Shown here piece after piece: positions 1 through 11,900 of a stretch of 64,000 nucleotides of DNA (within the stretch, counting starts at the first letter, position 1; every line of letters starts with the position of its first letter). The stretch comes from Hormiphora californensis (taxonomy: Eukaryota; Animalia; Ctenophora). The notes beneath the pieces are model-generated. The model saw only the letters and a list, made by a program, of their open reading frames with translations, did no database searches and was not told where the DNA came from. The DNA lies in assembly GCA_020137815.1 (NCBI GenBank), contig CM035355.1:3038001-3102000 (forward strand). Direction: 5' to 3'. The translations under genes and the position numbers were made by a program.

Positions 1-21
1 CGTGTTGGCTCAACACTCACC

Positions 22-1829
22 CCGTGCCTGAACAAAGTTTAACCTCGGATGAAAAATGTACACTAAGCGGACTTCACTAGGGTCTTCAGATAGGTATTTG
101 GAGTGGAAAAATGTAAAAAAACACCCCAATTTTATGAAAAGTTTTTTCTCTACATGGATTTTAAAATGGGTCGTTTTGACTGCAAAACGGCTTGAAAAAC
201 CATGCTGTGTGCAGATTTATAGTTCTTTTCCGGTAAAAAGGTTGTACCTGACCGTTTTTTGCACGTAGAATCGATTGCCGGTGAAGAGAAATCTCTAAAA
301 CGACTGGAAAATGGTCAAAATTTGATTTTTTGACGTTTTTTGAGGGTTTTTCGCCCCTAACCCCATCATGGCATCAAGATAGAAAATTTTCACTAGTGTC
401 AAACGTTAAAATGGACATTTTTCTACCGGATCCCAAAGTTTCAGATAAATCCAATAACAGGGTAAAATTTGGCTAGTTATTGAAAGTGGCTAGATGAGAG
501 AAAGTGAACTTGAACTTAATTTTTTCACAATTTTGGCCTTTTTGACCAACTTCTGATTGAAATGGCCAATCCGGACCATGCTCACGCTAAAGAAGGGACA
601 ATTTCCTACTAAAATGCAAATTTTCATGCCGATACGACAACAGGTCATGGATCTGTAGCAAATTTAAGCGAGCTAACTAGGCTATTTCTACTGTCTAAAA
701 CGGTCATTTTTTCTTATTTTCGGGTCGATTGGCAGTAAAAAAGGGTACCCGACCTATTTTTGCCCGTAGATTTGATTTCCGATGGAGTTGGACCTCCAGA
801 TCGTCAGCAAAATTTTTTCAAACGAATATTTCAGTTTTTTGGGGAAATAGCCAGAAAATGAGTAAAAAACAAACAAAAATGAAATTGACCTATTTTCTCG
901 TAGATTAAGAGCTCCAATTCCATTTTAGAGCGATTTTACGTGAAAAATTGGGCTGGGAACACTTTTGATTGCCGATTGACACTAAATTACCAATTTCTGG
1001 CTATTTACCCAAAAAACTGAAATATTCGTTTTCTTCAATTTTCCTGACGATCTAGAGGTCCAACTCCATCGGAAATCAATTCTACGGGCAAAAATAGGTC
1101 GGGTACCCTTTTTTACTTCCAATCGACCCGAAAATAAGAAAAAATGACCGTTTTAGACAGTAGAAATAGCCTAGTTAGCTGTCTCAAATTTGCTACAGAT
1201 CCATGACCTGTTGTCGTATCGGCATGAAAATTCGCATTTCAGTAGGAAATTGGCCCCTCTTTAGGGTGAGCATAGTCCGGATTGGCCATTTCAATCAGAA
1301 GTTGGTCAAAAAGGCCAAAATTGTGAAAAAATTAAGTTCAAGTTCACTTTCTCTCATCTAGCCACTTTCAATAACTAGCCAAATTTTACCCTGTTATTGG
1401 ATTTATCTGAAACTTTGGGATCCGGTAGAAAAATGTCCATTTTAACGTTTGACACTAGTGAAAATTTTCTATCTTGATGCCATGATGGGGTTAGGGGCGA
1501 AAAACCCTCAAAAAACGTCAAAAAATCAAATTTTGACCATTTTCCAGTCGTTTTAGAGATTTCTCTTCACCGGCAATCGATTCTACGTGCAAAAAACGGT
1601 CAGGTACAACCCTTTTACCGGAAAAGAACTATAAATCTGCACACAGCATGGTTTTTCAAGCCGTTTTGCAGTCAAAACGACCCATTTTAAAATCCATGTA
1701 GAGAAAAAACTTTTCATAAAATTGGGGTGTTTTTTTACATTTTTCCACTCCAAATACCTATCTGAAGACCCTAGTGAAGTCCGCTTAGTGTACATTTTTC
1801 ATCCGAGGTTAAACTTTGTTCAGGCACTG
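22..1829. mobile_element. Non-autonomous foldback (long-TIR) DNA element, arms about 850 bp
   Basis: GTGCCTGAACAAAGTTTAACCTCGG at 24 is the reverse complement of the sequence ending at 1827. Arms pair to about 860/990. Mirror ORFs 56-268 and 1583-1795. No transposase; extreme termini are degenerate. Confidence 0.9.
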
Positions 1830-2134
1830 TCAGAGCATTGGCCTGACAGGCAGTCAACACTGAGCAGCTCGAGTAGGCACATTAGAACCGTTGGTGACAT
1901 TGACACCTAGCGCGAATTAGAACAGTTCATCCCGTTTTAATAAATAAAAACGGGAATCACGGACATAAACAGTTCGCGAGCAAAGTTCCCTAAACTTGTC
2001 AAGAATTGTTTATTTTACAGCTGGCCGAGTGGTTAAGTTTACAATAAACAAACAACGATCTAACGTCCAATACGGTCACATCTGTACCATCAAATTCTTC
2101 AAATACACAATCTTCGCACACCCCATTACACAAT

Positions 2135-5100
2135 TTACATTCTCTCAAAAAGATAAAGATAAGCCAACTCCTTGGGCGGTTTCACGCTCACAGCAACCTT
2201 CTCATCATTGTAAATTGTCCACTGGCCACTGGCGGGGTCCCTGATATGACACACATAGTGACCACACGCAGTACTGGTACCAATATGGGATATGAGGGCT
2301 CGGAGTCTGTACCGTCCCTCCCCGTCCCTAACTCCCCCACTTTGAACTGGTACTTCTGGTTCGTCCAGCTCGTCCGGGTGGGTAAACACCCAATCAGCAG
2401 CCCTCTCCAGATTGTTATCGCACTTTCTCAGAGCTACCTTGGCTTGTGCCTCAGTGAAACCCATGGCGCATATCATCATGATGCTTTCAGGATCAGGGCC
2501 GCCAGCTGCAGGAGCAGCAGCAGTAGGGGTCTCGATAACAAGTGGTGATGCGAAATCAGGGTCCTCCATGTGAGTCAGAACCCACTCCATTGCTACTTCC
2601 AGACCAGCGTTTTTGGTATGATACGCTGCCTTCCTACATCCCTCCAGTGCGAACCCCATACCAACTAGTCCCGACACAATTTCTTGGTCAGGTTCCAAAG
2701 GTGCAACTGTAGGTTCTCCTGACATCTCTACCTCCCCACTCTGCAGACCCTTGCCTCGTAGGAACTCCATATTGACCTCATCCGGCACCTCAAGTAGCAC
2801 ATCCAGCTTCTTAGGCTGCCAGTCGGGGGTTAGAGTGAACCGCCTAGCCTGGACCATGAGATAGGGAGGGAAGGTTTTCAGGGAGGTTTTAGTTTGTGCG
2901 GTACCCTTCACATTTGTATCAGGACTCAGGAAATCTGTGATGGTTTCAGGGGAGTTCAGAGCTTCCAAGCATTGTTTTAGATCTAGTTGGTATTTGATAC
3001 AATCGTCACCCTTCACTCTCTCTCCTGTCCGGTCCATCTCAGCTTTACGAGCCTCCCACGCTTCTGCTTCGTCCCTATTAGGTGCCAAGTGTAGAGGGAG
3101 GGGTAGTGACAGGCAGTAGTCTTTCCTTGTTTTATAAAGGACTTTCTGGCTTTGGTTGCACTGAATTCTTTCCTCAATTTCAAACGCAAAGTTGTCAGTA
3201 CTCTGGAGTTCCGGTTTGTTCTTCTCTTGCTTTTCTGAGGGATACAAAGTGTTAGAATATACTAGGAGTCAAGACACACATCTATTGTCAGATATTTTTT
3301 CAAACACAACGTCTCAAAATCTGATTCTAAAACCCACCTAGCAGGTCAATGATGTGTAGGAAATACTCGTGTGCATCCTGTTGTCTGGAGGATGAGAACT
3401 CAGAGTGTCCCTTCCCTATTATAGTCTTCAGAAGGGCTGGCTTCACTCCTAGAACAATGATTAGACAAGGATCAATGATTAACTTCATTACAATTATAAT
3501 ACTGAGAGTTATTGTAACCGTGATTACCTACCGTTCCCAACTCCTGGAATTGCATCAGCTTTAGAGTAATCCCCAGGGTTCTGTATGTATTGGACCAGTG
3601 TCTTCAGTTGAAAGGCGAAACTTGTTGGGATCTGAAGGCAACCCTTGTCAGAGCACTTTACAATACCTCGGACTTTACCGCGCGAACGCTTGTGATTGGA
3701 GTGCTGAAAAACTACTTTTTACAGTTTCCCATCTCCGCGCGCGCGGTCAATAAGACTTGTTCACTGGTTCTGCAGCAGTACTTTTTTGGCAAACTTTTAA
3801 TTCCACTCCCTGAGGAATCAGTGTCCAAGCAAATTAGTTTGAAGTTATTTTACCTCGTATGTAGGGGTACTGTTGTAAGCTAGGTACTTTGTAGCCAGGC
3901 CAGGAACACAATTCAGAAGAACCTGGGATAATACAGGGTTATAAAACTGGGCTACTGGGTGATGTTTGTATATTGGCTTGCACACTGTGCGACCAGTCAC
4001 TACTACATAGTGGCTGCGTTTGCGATAAGAAAGGATATAATCTTCTTTTATCGTTCTGAGACCAGTCACTAACCTGAAGAACGCTGTTCATGTAGCATGT
4101 ATTGCCCATGTTTACCAATCCAAGATATCCAGGGCCGTAAACTGGTTTCAGTGCTACTCCACTTTCCAAGATACTGTCATATTCAAACTTCAGGTTCATA
4201 TTGGCATCTATCTCTAGCTCTGTCATCGTCTTTTCTGCAGGAGTAAGAAGATAATTAAGAAATTTTCTGTTTCATAAGTTTCTACTTTCTAAGTTTCCTT
4301 CAGTATATTTTCTGATCTAACCTGTTTGTTGACAGTGCATCATGTTGATTCCAAAGTGTTCCAAATGTTTAGCTAAATAAGGATCTAGAACCATATCATC
4401 TTCTCCATAGGAATACACATCTGCACCCTGGACAAACCCGTATTGTTAGACGGATTAAAAACAGGTATAACTTTCAAAAGTTACACCACAGTACAAATTA
4501 CAACAGAGCGGGTTACACAATAATCTGTTTCTTATTCTCAACCCGGCGTGCCATCTTACTGCAATATAATACCTGTGGGGTGATGGTACCCAGTTTGACT
4601 GCCAGTGGGTATTTAGTTGTCTCATAGTAGTCGACAGCATGATTATTACCGCCAGTCCCATCAAAGTAACGCCTGCCACATAGGATAGTACCACAAGTCA
4701 AGTTCATCCACAGGTTATCTCTCTTGTCACACATGCTACATACCCAGGGGCCAGGGGGAACCTGTGGGAGGGGGTGGTCACAGGTTATCTCTCTTGTCAC
4801 ACATGCTACACACCCAGGGGCCTGGGGGAACCTGTGGGAGAGGGGGTGGTCACAGGTTATCTCTCTTGTCACACATGCTACACACCCAGGGGCCTGGGGG
4901 AACCTGTGGGAGAGGGGGTGGTCACAGGTTATCTCTCTTGTCACACATGCTACACACCCAGGGGCCTGGGGGAACCTGGGAGAGGGGGTGGTCACAGGTT
5001 ATCCCTCTTGTCACACATGCTACACACCCAGGGGCCTGGGGGAACCTGTGGGAGAAGGGGTGGTCACAGGTTATCTCTCTTGTCACACATGCTACACACC

Positions 5101-6444
5101 CAGGGGCCTGGGGGAACCTGGGAGAAGGGGTGGTCACAGGTTATCTCTCTTGTCACACATGCTACACACCCAGGGGCCTGGGGGAACCTGTGGGAGAGGG
5201 TAGTGTCCATTACTCAAGTGATCACAACAGAGGTTGGGAAATTGGAGAAACTTGAGACTTGAGAGTGGGTAAACTTGAGAGTGGGTAAACTTGAGAGTGG
5301 ATAAACTTTAGAGTGGGTAAACTTGAGAGTGGGTAAACTTGGAAGTAGGTAAACTTTAGAGTGGGTAAACTTGAGAGTGGGTAAACTTGGAAGTAGGTAA
5401 ACTTTAGAGTGGGTAAACTTGAGAGTGGGTAAACTTGGGTCTTAGGAGTGGGTGAGAAACTAGAAACATGAACTCGCAAACCCCCTGGAGATCTGTGGAA
5501 AACCCTGTACGAACCTTGACGCCGTTATCGAGCTGTTGAAGGTTCTCTGCAAATCTGGAAACTTTTCTCTCCTCCCCATCCCACTGGGCACTCTGCTCCT
5601 GGGCACCTGAACAAATAAGTTGTAACACCAATAGTACTAAACGGTGGAGTAGCACCAAATGATATGATTGTTCTTCTATCATGACAACAACTAACTGCAA
5701 CCTTGTTATTTTCTAACAAGGTGAGAGAGGGTCAAGCAAGACAACAGCAATTCTTCTAGAAACAACTATTATAAGTTCAACCTTACCAGCAGACTGGAAA
5801 TTGATAACATTCCTCGCTGTGACACGGACATTTTCAGGGAGAGTTGTATCATCTAGTTGATAGTTCTTGTCCTCTGCCTTCACGTACACTGTGTAGGTAT
5901 CCTGGAAAGTTAGAACTTAGAGCCCTGTTTCAACACGGAACCAGACAGTTCTACCAAAAAAAGTTTCTTACTGTCACCAAATGATAGATGATAACAACTA
6001 ATCTCGATAGAAAATGGGCGACGGACACTAAACTTAGTTTAGTAAAACACTAACCGTGTATTCGTATTGTTCCTTGCTAGCATCGAAGCCTCCCTCAACT
6101 CCAATTGCAAGTCTAGTTATCTTGGCGGGTGGATCTTCATCCTCATTCTCCTCCCTCTCCCTCACCTCCCTAACGTGCCTTAGAAACACACTTGCATCCG
6201 ACTAAAGGGGGAGATGGAGCATAGTTACCATGGCAACTGCTCCCCAATGTTATAGAGAGGGGGTAATGGTTCCCATAGTTACCATGACAACCATGATTGA
6301 ACCTACCTTGTCAATACATTTCTGGCAGTAAGCCCAATATCGGGTGAAGTCCACATACAGGGCGGAGTGGAGGGGTGTATCAAAACAGTATACACACTGA
6401 TCCTTGTAGAGCTTGGTTGAGGTGGTCAGAGGATTCACTATCAT
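2135..6444 (-). CDS. USP5: Ubiquitin C-terminal hydrolase USP5/USP13 (isopeptidase T), about 10 exons
   Basis: ZnF-UBP ([47 protein letters not shown]), Cys box [23 protein letters not shown], two UBA domains, His box [21 protein letters not shown]; GT-AG introns. Confidence 0.95.
4711..5200. repeat. Tandem 70-72 bp repeat: 6 extra copies of a USP5 splice acceptor plus the first ~50 nt of the exon
   Basis: Acceptor CAG (plus-strand CTG) recurs at 4762, 4832, 4904, 4976, 5046, 5118 and 5188. Confidence 0.95.
5248..5437. repeat. Intronic ~16-bp minisatellite (GAGAGTGGGTAAACTT)n
   Basis: About 11 direct copies visible. Confidence 0.9.
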
Positions 6445-6770
6445 ACTACTAGGTAACAGGAGATCTGTTAGATTTGGAGTCTGTCATCAGAGCCAACATT
6501 GCCTTGCTCGGTCCTGTCTCACCGGCACAAATGTTAAGGAGGGTTAGAGCATAACACGGCCAATCAAGTTAACACTCGATAAGAAAAAAGGATGATGAAA
6601 AGATGAGAAAATAGTACATTGCATACATCAAACTGGCTCTTAAAAACATACTGGAACTAAAAAAACACATTTTGTCAAAAAATAAAAGTTCTTAAAAAAA
6701 CATAAAAATGACTATAAAAGCTAATACCCCACTAAACCAATATCACAATTCACAACCGATATATCTTTTC

Positions 6771-7650
6771 TCACTCTTCGGCGAAGATGACCTCGTCCAA
6801 AGTTCTGTCAGATGGTGTACAGGGTATATCCTGAAGAATCTGAGTTCTGAACGCAAGAGCGATGGTATAGGGCACAACACCTCTGGCACTTTCATACTTT
6901 GTAAGATAATTATCATAATATCCCTTTCCCCTGCCTATCCTGTGGCCTGCGAGAGAGAAAGGATTGCATTGATATTTCAATGAGAGGAAGAATCATTTGA
7001 ATCATACCGTTTTTGGTGAACCCTAATCCAGGACACAGGATCAGATCGAGACCTCCTGATGTTGAAATTGCATCATCTCTTTCTTTGTAGTCCGTGGGTT
7101 GTCTGAAATATACATAGACACTTTATTTTCTAAAATAAATACTGACCTTCCTTCAGATCTCTCTATCTAAGAGAATGGAACGAAGGAGGGTGCAAGATAA
7201 GGGAGACTATGTTTTTACCTGACGCCATACGTGTCAACTGGAAGACTAGTATAATCCTCAACATCTCGAATGCGAACCATCACCATTTCATCCCTGTTAA
7301 AATACGGCACAAAGAGACCCTTCTCCCGTGCTAAGATATCCTTTATCAGTGTATCAGTCCGTACCTCTTCGTCCATCGCTACGTAAACTGAAACAAATCA
7401 ATGTAATTAATAACTAAATTAACTGGATGTGTCTACTGTCTAGGAATAATCTGATGGGTGAAATTATGTGGTGTAAATTCTTACCACAAACATTCTTCGC
7501 TGAGAGGTATTTAGGATGAGCAATGACTTTTCGGGCGACTGCCTCACTTTCTCTCTCCTTTCCAGCAGTGGTCAGTACTTTCAACTTCTGCTTCATCTCT
7601 CTCCTCAGAGCTTTCTTAGCGGTAAAAAGAGCCTCAATTGCCGCACTCAT
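6771..7650 (-). CDS. MTHFS: 5-formyltetrahydrofolate cyclo-ligase, 4 exons
   Basis: AKKALRREMK N-terminus, YVAMDEEVRT, FVPYF, LDLILCPGLGF, RIGRGKGYYD, DRTLDEVI motifs. Confidence 0.93.
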
Positions 7651-7819
7651 TCTATCTAAAAATAGAATGCTCTTTCAGGCTCTCTACAGAATATAGGCTT
7701 GGATGATGGTTAGTGGGCCAGTTTCAGAATAAAACGACAAACCAAACACCAAACTGAGAATAGTAATGATTAAAAATAAATTGTTAAAAAATGCTACAAA
7801 TACTGGATAAAATTTACAG

Positions 7820-8437
7820 TCATCGCCTTCTACCACGTTCTGGTCTGCCTCTACCGCTTCGAGATCTCCTTTCAGGCCTTTTCTCGGACTGAGTTCTTTC
7901 AGGCCTTTCAAATCTCTCAGATCTCTCAGGTCTATCAGACCTCTCAAATCTCTCAGACCTCTCACGTCTCTCATGGTCTCTCCCCTCGCGTCTCTCAGAG
8001 CTTTCTCGACTTCCGCGACGCTCTCGATTCTCTTTAGCTGCATCCTCAAGCTTTTTAATTTCGCTTTTAGCTGCTTGGTACAGTCTATGAATGTTTTCTG
8101 TGACAATTTTGTTTTCTTCCTTCAACAGGTTGTTTTCTTGTCGGAGTTTCGTTATCATTTGTTTAGCTCTAGCATAGTCCTGTTTAGCCTTCTCACATTC
8201 CTTCTCCAACTTGGCTACAAGTGCACTCTGATCTTCCTTGATAACCTCTCCTATTTGTTCCTCTTTCACTTCCCCTTCTTCTTCTTCTTCTTCTTCTTCT
8301 GGTGGATCAGGTTCATCCTCACCTTCGTCTGCTGGTGGCTCAATGGGCTCTGATTCGTGCGAAGGACCAGGTTCATCGAAATTCAAATTCGTTGTAAACA
8401 CATCATCATATAGGAGCTCATCGTCCAAATCGGACAT
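7820..8437 (-). CDS. Single-exon acidic/coiled-coil/Arg-Glu-rich protein resembling the FLASH (CASP8AP2) N-terminal domain
   Basis: 205-aa ORF with LLYDD near the start and LKEENKIVTENIHRLYQAAKSEI coiled coil, recalled as similar to FLASH [20 protein letters not shown]. Confidence 0.6.
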   Translation of the reverse strand: MSDLDDELLYDDVFTTNLNFDEPGPSHESEPIEPPADEGEDEPDPPEEEEEEEEGEVKEEQIGEVIKEDQSALVAKLEKECEKAKQDYARAKQMITKLRQENNLLKEENKIVTENIHRLYQAAKSEIKKLEDAAKENRERRGSRESSERREGRDHERRERSERFERSDRPERSERFERPERTQSEKRPERRSRSGRGRPERGRRR

Positions 8438-8910
8438 GCCTAGAAAGAGAATTATAGCCTATTCAGATGTGGTTATAACAGCTTTTTTAGAGTAAAATAA
8501 AAATTCAAAATTAAAACATCTTTGCGATTTTTGAAAATGAAAGGTTTGGAAATTTTGTTTTTTATTCGAGATATTTTATCTTACGCGCATTAATTCGAGA
8601 TAAAATGCGCGCGTATCTTTTGCGCGTACCATTTCTACGTCACGATGACATCATCACAAAAACAAGTGTTTGTTGTATTAAGAATATCAAATACTTATTT
8701 TATACATCAACATGATCAGATCAGTGACCCTATGATACAATTGATTTGAACAGAACAATTAATAACACAAAAAACTCGCCACTGCAATGTCGCTATTACC
8801 GCCCAGCGGCTACCATAACCAATCATAATCCAATAACATGTCCCAAAAAGAGGACCCTAATTCCACTTTTCAGTGTTGTCTTTCAACTCAGGAGGAGTGT
8901 AGGAGTATAA

Positions 8911-11900
8911 CTACACAACTTCAGGTGCAGGCAGTTTATCCAGCGACTTCCTCCCTCCCACTCCCTGTAAACCCTCGTCCGACATTTGGGACATTCTCAA
9001 CTCGCTCACAGGACCACCCCCGGATTGTTCTTCACTGTTTTGCTGATAGCCCGGGATGTCTAGAAGGTGACATAGCTTGAAACCCTTTAACTTTTGGAGG
9101 CTCTCCCGACCCTGTTTTAGTCTGGTTTTGGCCGCAAAACATCTGATGTGATCCTCAAACAGGAACCTGTAAGAAATAACTCGTTATATGGAATCAAACA
9201 GGAACCTATTGGGACTCGTCGTTTTATTTTATAGTCATGGAAATGAAGATTGAAGAGTACAAGAATATTGAACTTGTAAACAACACGGATAAAAGGAATC
9301 ACCTTGCAGAGACAGGTGCGGTGAAGGTAGCAGATTTCTCTATTGACACAACTAGGGCCCTATTGTTATCCTTATCAGGTCGGGCGTCTACACATTGAAG
9401 GGGTGCTACAAACTGTACAACACCGTGCCCTAATCGTCCGGGGGCATTGTCAGGTTCCACTAGAATCAACTGATGTGTATCTATCACAAGAAACCTCTTC
9501 TCCTGCAAATAGTATCAGTAGACCGTGTAGTGGGGGACAAGAAACCCTGAATCTGCAGTATTCTCGGGGTGAAACACAGTTACAACTATCAGCCAAGGAA
9601 AGATATTTCACGCACATTTAATACAGCTACACAAGCTGTTATTCTAGAGTTGACACAATAAAAAGAGGAATAACACATCACAGACAAATATTTTAACACG
9701 ACACTTACAAATTTGGGGAACAAGCGGCTACTTAGACCCTGTGATATTAAATTGATAAAAAAAATTGGAACCAAAACCGGAGCTTTGGGTAGCGATTGTT
9801 AGAAAAAGTTTTAGAACATCATCATACTTACAGCATCTTTATCGGTGATTACTGAACAGGCAATGAGGTCACTATTATTGAGATTGAGAATGTCTCCCTT
9901 GGATACTTGAAGGGAGAGATTCAGAAGGGGCAGATCATTTTCTTCTTCGCCTACAACCTAAGGATGGGGGGGGGGGGGTACTTTAGTGGGACAGAGAGAG
10001 GTTCGGAAGAACTACTAACTAGCGTTAAGTGAGAGATGGAGGAGGTACGTTAATGGGATAGGGGAGAGGTTTACAGGGAAGGGTGAAACAAGACAGTATT
10101 CTACTTTACCTCTTGCCACAGTTTCCTAATTGTAAAGAACATGATAAGAGATTTCCTCATTTTCTCCAAATCTCCACATGGTAATCGTTTAGTGAAATCA
10201 ATACCTAGAGAGAGCAAGTTATCGTTAATAGCGTGTAATACACAGTTAATAGATTAGTAATCTGTTTCCCCAGGCTGCAACGGTGTACCCAGACATAGTG
10301 ATTTCCTAGTCGTAGATCATACCACAGTTTGAGAACTCACGTGCGCGCGAAGAACCCTACTCCTGCGCGGCGAAAACTAGCAATACAATGCCTGATTGTG
10401 CGTTCTACACATCCTAAAATCGATGGTAAAAACGATGGTAAAAACGATACAGACAGAATATATGTTAAAGTATGTATCTCTCTTTTCTTCCCCTTCCCCC
10501 TTACGTGACTGTTGTCGGTGCACTAGGCACAACTGGAACATGCCCCAACATATTCTATCTGTCTGTATCGTTTTTACCATCGTTTTTACCATCGTTTTTT
10601 AGGATGTGTAGAACGCACTCTTAGAGTGCGTTCTACACATCCTAAAAAACGATAATCACAGAGAATCCGAGTGTACAACAGATGATGTCTAGCAAATTGG
10701 GGCAGTTTGTGTTATCACATACCGGTAAGAGGTGTATATACAGGTCCCAGGAGCATAACTTCATCACTCATTAGGTGTGCTACGTTAGTGGGACGCCTCT
10801 TTTTAAAAGCTTTGAATTCTTCGTCAAATAACTCCACAAACAACGTGTTGTCTTCACCTAGAGATTTCAGAATATAGAATAAGAGGTCAGAGCATTCAGC
10901 ATAGCAGATATCATAATTGGGGGGATAGTAAGATAATATTTAGACTAGCTATTCTCTAGTTAACTAAATAAATTGTAGGAAAATAGTGATGTGAAACTAT
11001 GATATTAAATATATATTCAAACTATTTCTGTACCTAATAAAACTTGATTTTAGTTCTAGTTAGTTATGTGATCTGGATATCATCCCCACTTGGTTGGTGA
11101 AGGGATGTATTCATGAATTCGCCCCGTGGATTACTACGCTGGTTAATGGATCTATTAGGAGTTCGACTGTTCCAGAGGCGTTCCAGCAAGCCCTAGTGTT
11201 TCCTACGATAAAGAATACTCAAGGTGACCGTGACAGTCTGCAGAACTACCGACCAGTGTCAACCTGCTGTTATCTCGAAGGTTCTCGAGAGTATATGAAA
11301 TTCACAAGGGGGGGGGGGGAACAAAAAATAAAAACAAAAGGTTTAAGTGAGGATGGGGAGGTTACTTTAATGGATGGGGGAAAGGGGTTTACAGGGAAGG
11401 GTGAAACAAGACAGTATTCTACTTTACCTCTTGCCACAGTTTCCTAATTGTAAAGAACATGATAAGAGATTTCCTCATTTTCTCCAAATCTCCACATGGT
11501 AATCGTTTAGTGAAATCAATACCTAGAGAGAGCAAGTTATCGTTAATAGCGTGTAATACACAGTTAAGGGTACGCTAACCAAAAATTTTTTTCGAGTGCA
11601 GGGAAATCTCTCACCGTAGGGTTGTAGGCCATGCCAAGGAGACCTCAAATATGCAATTTCAGCTCTCAAGTCGAATTCATATTTTTGCTACAGCTGTTTA
11701 AAAAATGTCCTGTAAATACGTTTTTGGTATCTTAAAATTACATTTGTAAAGATAGGATCATAAAAATTTGTGGATTTAAAGAGGACATGAAGGTGAATAA
11801 CCACAAAAATTTTTTTTGCAATCCGAGCTGATTTCCGGTCCTGAGATGGATTTCTTTTTTTTTACTTTAACGCCCTATTTGGCAAAGTTCCGAAAACATG

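Noticed and set aside
56-1795. Mirror ORF pairs in foldback arms (also 22592/23253, 42103/42905, 52645-55208)
   Set aside because: By-products of inverted repeats; no recognisable domains.
4513-5262. Several ~160-aa repetitive ORFs
   Set aside because: Translations of the splice-site tandem repeat.
7684-8495. Alternative-frame and antisense ORFs over the 7820-8437 gene and over the LINE ORFs
   Set aside because: Shadow frames of better-supported coding sequences.
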